Of a stretch of DNA of 64,000 nucleotides, positions 34,701 to 49,362 are shown in pieces. The translations under genes and the position numbers were made by a program. The DNA lies in NCBI GenBank assembly GCA_973895155.1, contig OZ316892.1:8613580-8677579 (forward strand), given 5' to 3'. Origin of the DNA: Marsupella aquatica. Its lineage: Eukaryota > Plantae > Marchantiophyta. The first letter of the stretch is position 1. Each line of letters opens with the position of its first letter. The notes under the pieces were generated by a model that saw only the letters and a program-made list of their open reading frames with translations, was not told where the DNA came from and did no database searches.

Positions 34701-37700
34701 TTGTGCTTCCTCAAAATTTCACTTTTCTCAGCCAGCAAAGCAGCATATTCCTGACCAAATATGCACAAAAGACTCCTTCGGTTAGACTAAAACCGTGTTC
34801 AAGGTAGCTACCCATGCATGTTGCTATTGCAATCAGAATTTTACTTCATGACTGAGGATTAAACGATGAGCAACCTTCTGGGCGATTTCTCCCCTTGCGG
34901 CCTGGGCTCGCACTTCCTTTTCCAGTGCTTCCCTCTGCCTTTCCAGCATCTCCTGATTATCCTTGCTCGCAGCCTCCTAAGACAGGTGAGCTCTAAGTTA
35001 GACAACTCTGGAGAAAAAAAAAGGAAGCGCATTGGAGGTTTACCAGAATGGCCGTTAAAAAGTCAAGACTTGGAAGGTTTCTGCATCAAATAATCAACTA
35101 CGCTCCCGGAGCCTTCTTCGAGAGACATCTTGCAGTTTCACAAATTTCTCTAGGGAATCCAAATCAGCCGAAAATTCACACGAATTGTACTGCAAATTAC
35201 CAAACGCTGACGCTTTCTTTCTGCCTCTCTTTCCTTTTTCTCTCGATCGTACTCCCGTTTCCGTTCCTTTCTTCTTTCGATAATCTGTAGGAAAAAAAAT
35301 TACAATTTTGCCTGTACTACAGATTCTGTCGCTGCACAGATGAGGCACGGTCTAGCTATCATAAAACCTCCAGAAACACCTTCGAAGCTCAGCAAATGAA
35401 GTGTTTCCAGCCATCCGACGTGTTTAGCAAATATCTACTCAAACGGCATCATGATCCAAATATAATAACTCGAAGTCCAGCTTGTCACTGTGTCCACGAA
35501 ACCTCCTAGATTACCTCATGTTTTGCTGATTGGTCCCATTCTTGCTCAGGCTGCTCATGGCTTCTAAACTGGATATCTGGATGATACTCACAGTACCTGC
35601 GCAGCATACAAATTCATAATACTTAATGGGTTTTCAAGAAAGCAAAACTACAACCCCACACCATCCTCATTACTTGAAAGTGGCTTCCTAAATAATCCAC
35701 AATCTGTATATCCTCTTTAGTAGGACACAGCACCTCGGTAGATCTCAGAATGTATCCGTTTCACAACATTGTCCAATCATCTGTTATGATTTTGTAGGAT
35801 TGAAGCGACCCGCTTAGCTTCACCTCTAGTTAAATATCAGATTATTTCCTTGGCATACGACGCCAAGGAAAATGTAAGTGTAGGTCCGACTCAACACGTA
35901 ACTCCCGACAGGTCTTGTTTATATAAGATCTGGAATATTCTACTCCAACCATGGCAGCTGGTTCTCCTTGTCGGATCCCCACCTGAGACATACCGTCCAT
36001 TAACCTAACCATTGTAAAACTCTGCAGTGCATTTCACGGGATTGGCTTACCCTCGACTAGTTTTTCCTGGTAATCAAGATCACACTCACTCTCGTAATTT
36101 TCCACTTGGCTGTTACATATAAGCACTGATCAATTTGATCTCGAAAACACTTGGCGTAAAGAAATCCTGGATGAAGACATCTACGAACAGATAGATACTG
36201 GAGGCATGCAAGAGCCCCAACCTGGCATACACCCAGCCAGCTACCTACAAGGATCACTGTATGGTCTCAAACAGTCCTGCCTATAGAAAGAATGTAAAAT
36301 TGAACTTCGCAACCAATGACATCGAGCTGCAAGGACGCAAGACTAACCATATATCTGGCAAAAATGAAACATCTGTGCCATGGGGCAGGATGCGCCACTT
36401 CAGACATGCTGGATTGTCACATTGAACCTGCAAATCAAGAAAGACAACACAAGAGCTCGCGGTCATAACGCGGAATAACAAGCTCCATCAGCAGAAACCA
36501 GACGTCTCAGGGCATTTCGTCGAATCAGGTCAACAGAATCGGATTAAAATCAATGAACGGTGATGTCAAACCGATTCAGAACACATACAATAAAACACCT
36601 TATGTTCAACACAGATCCAGCCGTTTTGGTACTTTTTGACGGCAAGCAAGTTGGAAACAAGCATTAAGAAGAAAGGTGAGTAAGACGGAAAGTACCCAAA
36701 TAACATCAGGGACATCCTCTGGAATGGATGCAGTGATACCACGTCTAGATGCTTGCGAATCCAGCTGCAGTAGTGGGACTTGAACCCGCTCTTTCTTTTC
36801 CCACCTGGAGAAGAGAAGAAGTATCCACAGCATGAATATCTTCTCAAAATATGAGACCGCAGTTTAAGACCTACAGGAGCCTCTTCGCATCTCAAGTCCC
36901 CGCAATTTTACAACCAAAGCAGGACAGTCAGAACTGCTATGCTCCCACCCACCAGTACTCAGCCAAGACATCTGACAGCTTCTTCAACAAGCGTCGATAT
37001 GCAGTCGTATCATCAAAATCCTGCAATTCAAGACACGGGTTTCCAATATTGAGAAGAAGACAAAAATGGTCTGTTTTTGCAGGGCAGGTAAAAGGACCAG
37101 GCAATTTGGCAAGATACAAGCTATACTACTGACATAATAAAAACTAAACTGCCAGCAAACAGGCCTTGTGATGCAGATTCTTCTACCAACTTTTACGGTC
37201 TTTACCAAGAAAGGATGGTATGTCATGTGGTACTTAAAAGTTTCAAAGCAACACTTATTATCTATATTCGCCATGTTTTGGAGCAATTAGAGACCTGCTT
37301 GTTGTGTGTAGGTTGCAGGAAATCAGCCTCAGCTAACCCAATGACACCCATGCCCCTCTCGTTCTCTTCCAGTTGCATACCAACCTGTCACATAATCAGA
37401 TTCGAAGATAAACAAAATGGATACTAGCCGAAACAGCTTTTCATTTCACAAGAAACCAGACAAGAGTAAGAAAAGGCGGTCCTTACCCGCATGTAAGCTT
37501 TGATCAGTCGATTACGATGATAAAGCATCATGCCATAAAGATTCTTGTTTTCAGTGTTGAACCTGTAGACAAATCAGTAGATGGCAATGGAACAACCATG
37601 CAACATGAGCAAGAGCAGAATGTGAACGGCCATCCACAGGAGCAAGAAATGCATCCTCTCAGAAGATATGATATCTTTGCGAGATGGTCAAAACGAAACG

Positions 37701-40700
37701 ACTAGCTAAATGACTCCAGAATCACTTACCCCAACTCAATCTTTATTTGCTCTGACGTCCCAGCCGGCTTGTAGTATTCAGTTTCCTTCAGACTGAGAAT
37801 TCCAGCTATCCTCTTTGTCTTCACTTTCTTATCCCTTTCACAAGATATTAAGGAATAATCAGTTTCCATTGCAACCAACAACGTATCCTGTCACAAACTT
37901 GAGCCAAACTTCTGACTCTTTGACTGTAGGCAGAAAATGGATTCTACCAGAATCGCAGGCTAGCTGCGGACGGGCTACAGGTGATAATAATCCTCTTATC
38001 AGTACACTGTCAAAAATGTCAACTTATAGCAAATTTTGACGTTTCCTAGGATACAGATTCTAGACATTGAGCAAAAACAAATCATGTATTTGATGAGGGA
38101 GACTTGCAGTTGATGTACAAACAAGTATGCTTGCAACATTAAGGAGCTGGTTTTGATCAAAAACAGACATTTTGACGCAGGTAGTTGTGGCTGTACATAA
38201 CAGTCTGAATAAGGACATTAAGCTCCAATCTGGATCCCAAACAAATCATACTCGACCAATAGCTTACAACTGCTCAACGCGACATTCAGTAATTCTAGTT
38301 CTTCGATTACGTACGAGGACATGAGGAACTCAAGGTTTTATTTGAGAAAAATGAGACCGGTCCTGGAAGAGTCACTTTTTCTCTACAAAAATCCTAGAAA
38401 GGACTGCAGTGATTGAAGTTTTACAAAGCACCTCACGATATTATCCGAGAAGATTGAGGATGCTACTGCGTACGTCGCATTTTCATTGAAAAAACCCCGA
38501 TAGAGATATAACCAAGAAAATTCAGTTCGTACATTTCATGAGAATTTCTCCTTATATTCTCCAATTGTTTTCTAGCATCAACTGCCATTTAATTCGAGAA
38601 TAGTATGACTTAAACGTGAGAAGGTCACAGCAGGTGGAATTCACAATTGCATTACATTTCTCATCTTGAGAAAAAATAACAATCTACCCGAACGCAAAAC
38701 GGACGATAAGAAGAGTAGGGAGAATACAGTCAACTCCAGAGGCCATTCTCCTGTAGTACATCAGCTCTCAACTGACAAACATCGGGTACTTGTAAGAGAT
38801 TCAATTACCTAATAAAAATCTGCATCCTGGGCACTTTGTATAGAATTGAAACATACGCCCGAAGACTGTAGTCCATAGGAACTTCAGTGGTGTTGGGCTG
38901 GATCATCAAAACAGGGCCCGTCATCAGACTACATAAACAACCTAATTCGGTACGTGCGCAGGTTACCAAGGGTCAGAAGCAACAAATGCATTCACCCCGC
39001 TGCTCTAGACAAATTTCATAGCAGCTTCTGATTTGTGTGGTGCGTCAGGATTCGGAACAATCCATGCCTTCAGCGCTAACAGTTTTTTCCTTAATTCTCG
39101 ACATACCTGTATCTGTTCTGATGCTGAGACTCACAACTTCAGGGCTAACCGAGGACGCTCTAGTGTAGTATGCACACTTTTATCCATCTAGCTCCCTTCG
39201 AATACACGAGAAGACCCGTGGCAATCTAATCTTCAGTACACAACACCCACTACGATTGTTTACGACCTTTGGCCAGATATAGAACTTACCTGATTTGGAC
39301 GAAGCTGCTGAAAGTGAGATGAGTTGATTTCAGAAGTTATCCGTATGTCATGTGGATCTGTTTTAAAGTCCAGCTCGAGTACCCCTTCATGCTTTCGTAA
39401 ATTGGATATAATTAGGATCTGACAGAGCAACAGAATATACACATGTAAATGAACCAGAGTTTAGACCCGTATTACAAAGTGTTCAAAAAGTCAAATAAAC
39501 ACCATACAAAACATCAATTCACCTAAAAACCTTATGCAGGAGAGATTCCGTACTGCGCCTGTGACAGGGATAGCCTCCAGTTGTGCCAGCAGACTCTCCT
39601 CGTCCGGAAAGATCGAGTAGTTACATATAGCCCTCAGACTTTCCTCAATTTCTAAATCATACGGGGATAGACGGTCTATTTTCCAGTTAAGGTTATTTCT
39701 CCATGAACCAAGGATCCTGCTTTGGGTCCAAAATTGGCATAGTATGCTGGAAGATGTAAATCAGTGCAACTAAGGGCTGCTAAACCCAACGATTTGGGCA
39801 TGTTAGCCGGCATCATACTCAAAAGGATACTTCCATTTAAGTCCCATGACACTTGTGGGATAAGAATATCTTCAGCTCCTGTGTCACCCTGTAGAACAAT
39901 TTTCGTCCAACAAAACCTTAAAGAAAAAGCTCCAGCCTTGCCAGTTCTAAAGTCCGTATCAAACCCCAACAAAACCGAGAAAAAATAAAATGAGCTACTA
40001 TCCATGAAAATGGGTTTATGTTTGCATCCAATTACCAAAAATGTTTGTGATAGAAATCCAGCTGTCATGCTGTCAGCGCACTTTGTCAGTACAAGGACAT
40101 CGCTCCCCAATCGCATTGTTCCTGACTGTACACAAAAAGCGCACAACAAACCTAATCAGTCACGCTCGGGTCGAGATATCCACCTTACTGTTAGATGTCT
40201 GAGTTGGTCTCGAGACGCCACAGGGTTTTACCAACCGAGCATCACGATCAACTACCCATCCACGGGTCTAAATTATCTCTGACTCCGGGACTCCTGGTAC
40301 AGGACTGGAACTAGTTTAGACGTCCTTTTCCGAAACATATTTGTGCAAGGTGCTTACCTTGAAGCCATTGCCATGCTTCCCAATCGACCTGTCTCCAGGA
40401 GCCATTTGCTGCCATCATCAGAGATAATAACGGTATCTCAGAGACCAAACACAAGTAAGTTATCCGAGAGCTCATGGGGATTCAAAACGACTTTGAAGGA
40501 TTTCTTAAGATCAGCAAAACCTAGGATGGCTTAAGCATCCAATGGAACGAACCTTTTTGGAATGTCCAAAACTCAACATTTTGTGGAGCTTCTCCGGAAG
40601 TAAACCACACCCATTGTCCATAAAGACTAGGCATGGCTGGCCGTTGAATTCCTTCATGTCAATGCAGAATTGAGATGCACTGACATCGGGATCAATGGCA

Positions 40701-41088
40701 TTGTCGATGAGCCTACAATATAAACCACCCACATAGGTTCCAAGGACAACACGCTAGTCACTTTCACAGAATTTGAAATGCTATCTCAGAAATCCGTGCT
40801 CGAAATTGATGAACAAAACACTCGGATACAGAAGTCCGGAAGCTTGAAGGAGTAAGTCCGTTGAAGGAAACGGTAGTTAAAAGTGAAACGCGGGTCCTAT
40901 CAGAGAAGGTTGTATATTTTATGCGGCATTTAAAGAACAGAGTATGACGAAATTACAGCGACGAGCAACTATCGTTTTAAAACATACTCAGCAATTGCGC
41001 CAAAGACCCATCGATGGCTGGTGCTGTTGCTGTGCAGGAACTTTGGATGAGTCGTGCAATGCTTCACATGGTTGTAAATGTCCACCAT
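31727..41088 (-). CDS. MORC: MORC-family GHKL ATPase with S5 fold, CW-type zinc finger and coiled coils (>20 exons; 3' end tentative)
   Basis: MVDIYNHVKHCTTHPKFLHSNSTSHRWVFGAIAE / LIDNAIDPDV..FMDNGCGL..MLSFG / IGKHGNGFK / SGTMRLGSDVLVLTK..GFLSQTFL / DYSLRAYVSILY / GMMLYHRNRLIK / GVIGLAEADFLQPTHNKQ / DFD / PDVIW-VQCDNPACLKWRILP. Confidence 0.93.
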
Positions 41089-41800
41089 TTTCAGATTTCC
41101 TGCAGAATTCACATCCTCAAAATCATTGAGAATTCATTCTGCACAGGCTCCTAAGAACATTCCCACCCAAATACCAGTGTCGTCCAGGGGCAGCAGAAGA
41201 CATTCCCAAAAGAAGGGCTCTCCCTAACAAAACCGTCCGTTCGGCCGCAAGGGCCCTTGTCCGCAGGGAGAAATCGCACAGGTTCAGAAACCAGGCAGGA
41301 TTCCTAATCTTTGCCTAGTCCTTGTCAGACCATGATGACTGGGAGTCCCGATTGCCGCAGAGACAATCAAGTGAACTGCAAGAGCCAGCCATCATTGCAG
41401 AAATTTCAGTACGTCAAATTTAAAGATCACTGAATTCAAACGATCATTAGATGCTCGAAAAGCCCATGCACCGACAAGAGTGTTTGTAAGGCTAAGATTT
41501 CTGTGCTGGATTTCGACAAAATGCTCAAACCTAATGTAGTAGCGAAGACAGATTGTGAGCAGACCGAGCTGGGACTTTTTGCGGGAGCTTGGAAAAATGC
41601 TTTGACCTGGTTGGGAACGAGTTGAACGAGGCAAAGTTTTAATTCAAAGAGCTCAAATTGCTGTGCGGAGCTTCAACCTACTGTTGCAGTGCCAATGAAT
41701 AGACGAATCACACGAGCGCTCCCACAGACTGAGTGAGAGATGGAGAGAGCTCACAACGAAAGGTGAGGCACCTTCTCAATCATACTCAACGAGAGAACCA

Positions 41801-41874
41801 GCTGGCTTTAGTTCAGTTCGTCAGGAGATGAGCCTGGATCTGAGAGGTCCCACGTTCAATTCCCCGTCCAACCA
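41801..41874 (+). pseudogene. Degenerate tRNA or tRNA-derived element (3' half resembles tRNA-Pro)
   Basis: A-box-like tagttcagtt, B-box gttcaattcc, gagaggtccc variable loop, ends in acca; acceptor and anticodon stems pair poorly. Confidence 0.5.
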
Positions 41875-42039
41875 CGGCGACGGTGAAACTCAAAGCTTCG
41901 AATTGCGACCGTTAATTGTTTTCCCAGCGAGGTATTGTCCAAACTCCTGTACAGTCCTGCACCCTAAGCTCCTGTTGGAAACTTAGAGTTAGAACGGGGT
42001 GAAATGTCTCACATGATTTTGCCTTGGTCTTGACTGGGG

Positions 42040-42450
42040 CGTCTCAAAGGTCACAATTTTATGGATCTTAACTATGGAGTTTAGGTTCAACACAAAAAGT
42101 TATGGGCTACCAAATTCATGGTCCATAATTGGCCAAAGTTATTGATCACCAAATTCATGGTCCATAACTGGCCCTAACTTGTTCTTGTCCAAACTAGGGT
42201 GTCTCAAAGCTCACAATTTTATGGATCTCTGCAGTTAAGGTTACCAACACAAAAAGTTATGGATACCAAATTCATGGTCAGATAATTGGCCAAAGTTATT
42301 GACTAACAAATTGATGGTCCATAACTGGCCTTAACTTGTTCTTGTCCAAACTAGGGTGTCTCAAGGCCCTAGTTAACTCTGGAGTTAAGGTGACCAACAC
42401 AAAAAGTTATGGACTACCAAATTCATGGTTCATAACTTTTTGCCATGAGT
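42040..42450. repeat. ~158-bp tandem repeat, ~2.5 copies
   Basis: gtctcaa..caacacaaaaagttatgg..ccaaattcatggtccataactggcc..cttgttcttgtccaaactagggt units starting ~42041, 42201, 42358. Confidence 0.88.
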
Positions 42451-44099
42451 ATTGGTCACATGCCATTACCATTAGCCAGTGTAGAGGCTAGTAGAAAAAA
42501 AATTTAAGAAACTTTTACTTAACCCTGTGAAAAGTTAGGACCATTTTTTATGACCAGAAACTATCATCTATAATTTTGAAGCTTTGAGAAGCTCTACTAC
42601 AGTACTAGACTGTATAGTCCAAACCTTAGAGTTCAAACTGGGTGAAATGTTTGAAATGAAGGGTGATCACTCTTCTTAAGCCTGGAAACAAGTAACATTG
42701 AACTCTTGCACTCATACAAATTGACTCATGAAACTCTGGTTGCGACAATTCTGCATTGGCCCATGCATTGGCCCACCTTGGTCTATGTCCAAACTACAAC
42801 ACTGAAAAGGAGTAACATTGAATTCTCGCACTCACACAAATTGACTCAAGAAACTCTGGTTATGACCCGCTTTGCCTCGGCCCAACTCGGTCTATGTCCA
42901 AACCCATGTTCAAACTACAGTACCGTACAGTCAAAACCTTAGAGTCGACCGGATGAAATGAAGGGTGATCATTCCTTTTACTCTTGAAAAAAGAGTAACC
43001 TTACATTTTTGCAACCATGCAGATTGACTCATGAAACTCTGGTTGAGATCATGCGACAGTGCTTTGAACTCAAAATTGCCTCATTCTTAAGGTTGTCTGG
43101 TTTTGCTATGCAGAACTGCCATTAACTTAGAGCTAAGCACTTTAGAAGCCCTTCTGGCAATTTCAGCCCTTGTTTGGATCCCGAATAGTGCAAGTGAGAA
43201 AGAAGCTTGTCTCACCCTGGCTCCGTGCCTACACAACAGTCACCTCATCCCAATTTGGCCATATTAAGTACAACTCTCTAATCATTCATAAAGTTGACGC
43301 TTACTTTGAATCCTGAATTTTGGTGTAAAGAAATAATTTGACAAACCCTGGTGAAGCACCTGTCCAACATGAGACCTCGATCCACCATGTTGCACCATTT
43401 TTGTGAAAATGTCCTACAATAGTGGAGAAGGCTGGCATAGCACAGGAGGGCAACTACTGGAAAGTGAAAAAAAGGAAGTTTTGGACAAGGGTATAGAGCC
43501 AGTGATGGAAAATAAGGTACTTTAATATTTTTTTGCCTCAAAAAATGTTCAAATAGTGTTTGTAATATATCAAGGCTGATTGTCTACATTGTTATAGTAG
43601 GCATCTTACTAATAATTCGTGAACGGAAGCTACCTTTAAGGCCTACACTCTAGACTGTGACTCTATTTTAACTCATAAAACACAAAGGGAAAGATTAACC
43701 AAAAGGGAAAAATACCGAAACAGCCGGGACTCTTATTTGTGCAATCTACTTTTTTGTCCCCATCTCCCTCTCCCGTTTCAAGGAACGAGTAGTCAAGGCT
43801 AATCAAGGGAATGACAAAAGAGAAATTAAAACAGATCTGTGTTGTGTCTACATCAAAGATTTATGGACTGTACAAACTTTGCATCACTTGCAAATCACAA
43901 CCCATCAAAGATCTACTTCTATGGTGTGTTTCACACAAATAACACTTATTTTCCTAGATATATGTGTACAATTTTTTGGTGGGAAAATCTAACTGTCTTG
44001 ATGTCTTGCCTAGACATCTAATTGTCTTGATGCCCATGCGTGTGCCATTCTGCCCATTCGGGGCAGATCCCAAACGGTCTGTCCTGGACTCGCATGGAG

Positions 44100-44830
44100 G
44101 AACAACCCGGCCTCTACAGGGCCCAGCTAACCTGGTTGCTGCAGCATAGCCCCACTCCCCCTCCAGCCCTAGAATCATGCAGCACGCTGCTGCATTTGGC
44201 CACTGCTGTGAGCTGCGCCCCAACCCTGCACCTTTTTGGCTACCATAGCCACACCGTGCTCGCCCCCAAAGCCCTTGTGCTCACCCTTGCTGCTCAACTT
44301 GCTGTTGCTATTGCTAAGAGACTTGTTGAGAGACTCGTTGCTCGCCTTGCTCCTATCGATGCTTGACTTGCTGCTATTGGTGCTCGACTTCCTGCTATTG
44401 CTGCTTCACTCGTTGTTGAAGCTTGGTGCTCACTTCTCACCTTGCTATCTTGATTTGCTTGGCAATTCTACTGCACAATTGTTCCCACATTTGAGATTGA
44501 TGTGCTCCTGTTTATGCAGCTTGAGCTTGAACAGGAAAGCTTGGAGTCGTTGCTCCTCTCAATTTGTCTCTACGTAGTTTTTGAGTTGTCCCAACTAATC
44601 TTGGTTGTGTTGTGAGGTGCAAGATCTGTTGCAATCCCGGCTTGAGTGTTGGAGCTGCGAGTCTGTTGTGTTGCTTGCCTCTATTGTGGTGGATCACAAA
44701 TGCAAGTTTGTTGTTGCTTCTAGTCAACTGTGGATTTGTGCTCCATTTTTGCTCACTTACATGATCAATTTGTGTTTTAGCCTGACCAAGGGAGGTAACT
44801 TGTTGCTCCTTTCTTTATGTTAGGGTGACT
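44100..44830 (-). pseudogene. Heavily decayed coiled-coil ORF, probably TE (Gag-like) derived
   Basis: Minus strand reads Q/E/K-rich heptads interrupted by many stops; no diagnostic motif. Confidence 0.3.
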
Positions 44831-45499
44831 GAACAAGATGGTCTGGTTATGAATCGGCCCCATTTGCATTCACGATCACATTGTAAGAATTTCTCCTTTA
44901 TTTTGTGGTGCAGAAATTTTTGGCTTTGGTGCTGCAAATTTTTGTAGCGAGACAACAACACAGATTGAACTTCAAACATTTGCTAAGGACAGTCCTACAT
45001 TGGATCCATACTGTCAAATGTGAATTTTCTTTGAATGTTGGGCAGCATATGTGATATGTGACACCGTGTTTGCTTTTGTGTTCAAAAATATGGTACCAAT
45101 TAGAAAGTGATTGTCACATTGACTAAACAGGGCAATGGGGCATTCAATTTGAGTTGGCAGGGTCCTACTGGTGTTGAGGGTGCTCCACCCACTGTGCGCT
45201 CTATCACATGGATTCTTTGTTCCACTTCAGTTTAGGGGTTGTTTTGTCAATTTTCATGGTCTGGTTCCCAAGTTATACACTCATTGTAATTCATGGGACT
45301 TGGAAGCAAGACACTTACAAAGAGAAACTATTATCTAAACTCAACACAAAAATTGACATAGCAGTCAAAATTGTCATAGTGTACCCCTCAAGTCTAATCA
45401 TGCAAAACGTCACAAAACCAAGTTGAAAGACTATAGGTGCTGGGTCTTAGCAAAGAATACAATATTAGGATGGAGGTACACAAACATAAATTTTCCCTA

Positions 45500-48100
45500 T
45501 ACAAAGACTCATTGACAAATTTCCATTCACATGAGATATGCTAGCCGAGGTCTTCTTAGATGGAGGTGTTACTCTCTTGGTTACTCCATTTGTACGCTGG
45601 TTGAATATGGAGACAATACTTTGATGGTAATGTCTCAACAAGATGCCATAAAATCATCCTGCAAAAACCTTAGTCTCATTAGAATTCTATGAACATACTA
45701 TATCCTTATATTTTCTCTTGGCCATCATACCTAGCAGTTTTTTACCTCATGGACGTGACACTCCATAAATGCGTTCACTTGTTACGTCCTTCCAACTAGT
45801 GGTCCTCTGAGTGGTTTGCTCCACCAATATTTGTGTCTGAGGAGGCACTCCTTAATAGTAGTGTTCACGGGTGTGCAATCATATACCTTCCAGACATGTC
45901 TTATGATATTCTCATTTCAATCCATGACAACACAACACAAATGGGACTCATGACTAGATGAGAAATGAATGTGCTTTGTCACATACTTGCCCATGAAGGA
46001 ATGGTAGGTCTATGACATGACTCTCTCTCGGGCCATGGTATAAAACCTCATTTTCTTGAGAATAATATATTTTTTAATTTTATGAACTTTTTGTATGGCC
46101 TTATGAGTCTCGCCACCTACATGTACAAAAAAAGTCAATAATAAGTCATGCATAACATTCAACCATGTTTACCCAAATAAGTCATAATTCACAATAGAAT
46201 TACACAAGGCAACACCAAATTTATAATTCTCATAGTAACGATCAAGTTGGATGGTTCTACGCTCATCAAGATTCTGACATGGTCGGTCAGATAGTCTTGC
46301 ACATAATCTTTGATTGTTGGCCCAATGATCATCATAGTTGCCAAATTCAAAGGCCAAGGATGCAACATCTCCCCCATTGCATAATGACATTCCAAGTACT
46401 TAGTTTTGTGAAATAACATCTAAACTCATCCCACAATTACTACACCCACAACTCTAAAAGCCTAAAATTCACACCTTATCCAACATTATGCATACGTGCT
46501 CTTACACTGACAACAACATACGTAAAACCATATCTTCAGCTTTGTGGCAATGTTATGCTGAGACAAATCTAGGTACTTGAGGCCATGTGTCAGAATATGT
46601 ATCAATTCTCCAGGTGTCAGCCCATGCATGTCACCAATTTTATGGACCAGTGCTTCCTTCCTAACGGCAGAGTACTCTCTCACACCCCTAGACTTCAACA
46701 AATCCTACAACTTCTTAGCCGTAACTATTTGCAACTCAGAATGCAATGCAACTATATCAATGTCAATGGTCATAGTGTAGGTGGCACTCACCATTTTCTC
46801 CACAAACTTCTTGATAAGGTTTTTGGCCTTGTGCCCCTTGTGGTTCCTAATCTCCATGTTCTCCACAATGTTATCAATAGTGGCCTTGTCATCATGCATA
46901 ACCTGATTAATAAAGATCCCTATCTCTCTCAAATTATCCAGTGCCCTTTGAGTACCGTACCCTCAATGTGCCAAGCATTTTTTTCTTCTCTCTTGGTAAT
47001 TGTAACCATCTCAATTACCCTGTTATCTTCAATATTGAGACGTGGTACCATGATAATTACTCCAAGAAGAATATCATCAAGTATTTAAGTACACTACTAA
47101 TCCAAGGACTGTCATTACAAACTATATACAAACTATGAGAACCAAATCAAATAAAAAATTGGTAAGAAGAGCATGATCCTTGAGTACCCAAAAAAATTAA
47201 GTAGGGTCCCTAACAATCAATTACTTACCAATGTGAGTCGCTCGGCTCTGCTTAATGTCATACTTCAACTGCTGCCACATATGATTCTTGTTTTCATTCC
47301 ATTGTTGTCTTACAGTTGCTATATATCCATCCACAGGTCGACCACGACCACTTTGAAAGTTGTGCCAATGGACTACAATAAGGACATGTAAGCCAATATG
47401 TGTTGCAACAACAACCAATGAGGTATAGGTGAGGTCTATACAAAGGGTGGAATGATACAATTGGGGGATAATCATAGGAAAATACCTCCTAGACTCATTC
47501 TTGCGTGTAATCAAAGTCCAACCATGACCAACCTCCCTACAATCAATGTGAATTAACCAAAGTTGATGCAACTCAGTAACTCGCTCAACACTTGGAGCCC
47601 TCAAACATTCATGTATATGACATCAAGGTAGTAGCCTGTCCACAAAAGTAGTCACTAGGTTGCAATGTTGCTGGAAGATGAGGTGCGATATTGTTGGAAT
47701 ATAGTTGCAACACGAGGTGCTGCTCTCCAACTGAGTCGGTTGTGTGTTCGGAGGTCCTATACGTTGAGAGTCAGGAACTAGAGAAGACAAAGGGCCTTCA
47801 ATTGGAGCCGGTCTTGTAGGTTGAGAGTTAGGGACAATGGACGGCTCCTGGTACAAGAAACCCAAAAACTTGATGGTCAAACATTTTCCCTTTTGTTTAT
47901 AATTACAAAAAAATAGAATCCTAGAATGGTGGAAGAAGAGGACTCGTACTTGGAAGATACCCTCATCCACAATGATGCTTGCTCTTAAAGCCACAAGAGT
48001 ATCTTGATCATCATCACGATAAAATTTTCATCTTTGGCATCTAAAGCATATTGCTCAACAATCTCCTCCTCCAAGAGCATATCCTCTAAGACATGTGATT
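45500..48100 (-). pseudogene. Decayed, CpG-depleted coding remnants, probably DNA-transposon derived
   Basis: Protein-like fragments (MREIGIFINQVMHDDKATIDNIVEN.., YSAVRKEALVHKIGDMHGLTPGEL.., PSIVPNSQPT..VPDSQ) broken by stops; family not recognised. Confidence 0.3.
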
Positions 48101-49290
48101 CCGTAGCATCCTAGATAATGTTATTGGAATCACAGACGATAAAGAAACAATGAAAATAATAGATTTTAATTCTGGGAAATGTGATGACACGGTTATGTGG
48201 TAACCCAAACCCTAAAGATGACCCAATAAATCAAATTCTAGTTTAGAAGTAATGTTTGACATTATCTATGTTAGAAATATAGTTTACAATAAAAATATTT
48301 ACCCTAATTTATTACTTTGATATTGTGCTAAGAAAGTGTATTATAATCTTCTGGTTTATAGTGTGTACCCTAATTGGCATTGTGTTAGTAATAATTTCTC
48401 TAATTTTTTGACCATAATTTTAAGGTTTGGTATTATTAGATATGTTATGTGTGCTCTAATTACAAACCCTCATTAGGGGTCTCTTGCAAATTCTCTGGCA
48501 CTAGGATGCGCCACATCATCAAGGATTATGACAAATAGGTCAGAGCAGGTTTCCTATAAAACAAAAAGGGCTCTATCATGTTTGTGGCAAAAGCAACGTA
48601 ATTTTTGGGGTGCCATGCCGTAACTATTAAGCATAAAAAAGGAATACAAGGAAAGAGATAACATATTTTTTGGTGTAACTATATTAGTTACCATGTGAGT
48701 ATGTTAGAATTGCTTTAGTATGTCTCTAAATGCCTCTAAAATAGAGCAAGTAAGTAACATAAAGTAAAGTAACATCACACATGATGCTCTCTAAAACCCT
48801 CGGGGGTTTCACTTTCACAAAAATGACATATCACGTGTGACGAAGGATAGGATCATTTTATTGGTTCTAAGAGAAAACTTAAGAATTTTTTTAGAAGAAC
48901 AATAGAGTCTTTTAAATTCAATTTTGAGACTGATAAGAACATTAGGGTTTTTTAATCCAATTTTTGGAATATTCCAAGAATATTCCAACTCTATAGGGGA
49001 TATTTTTTTTAATCTTATATTTTAGGGGGTCCAAGGCCTAAAAAGGTCGCAGGTGATGGGGAGGTCCCCATATAGTGAGACCTCCGAGCGAAAACAGTTT
49101 GCAAATGAGGCATTAGTCTAGCCACATTGCCCCTTTGCCCCCACGTCCCACTTCCCAACTACCTGTGACACCTGAAACTCTAGATTTATGCAATGAGTAG
49201 TGAGGAGTTGGTGGTTATTTTTGGTTATGTTTTGGCACCTCAATAGGGAGAGCAATCGTAGATGAAAAACATTATTTCACACTTACACAG

Positions 49291-49362
49291 TGCATGAGAA
49301 GGGATTGAACTTTGAACCTGCACGTAGGGAGGCAGAAGTGCTAACCAATAAACTATGAGGAA
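49291..49362 (-). pseudogene. tRNA-derived (SINE-head-like) relic
   Basis: Minus strand: tagtttattggttagcac (A-box/D arm), ctgc-ctccctacgt-gcag stem, gttcaatccc (B-box). Confidence 0.5.

Noticed and set aside
22134-41088. Functional clustering of TE-borne DNMT/PHD with the host MORC gene
   Set aside because: The element is a discrete insertion with a TSD ~4.6 kb from the MORC 3' end; proximity is most simply chance.
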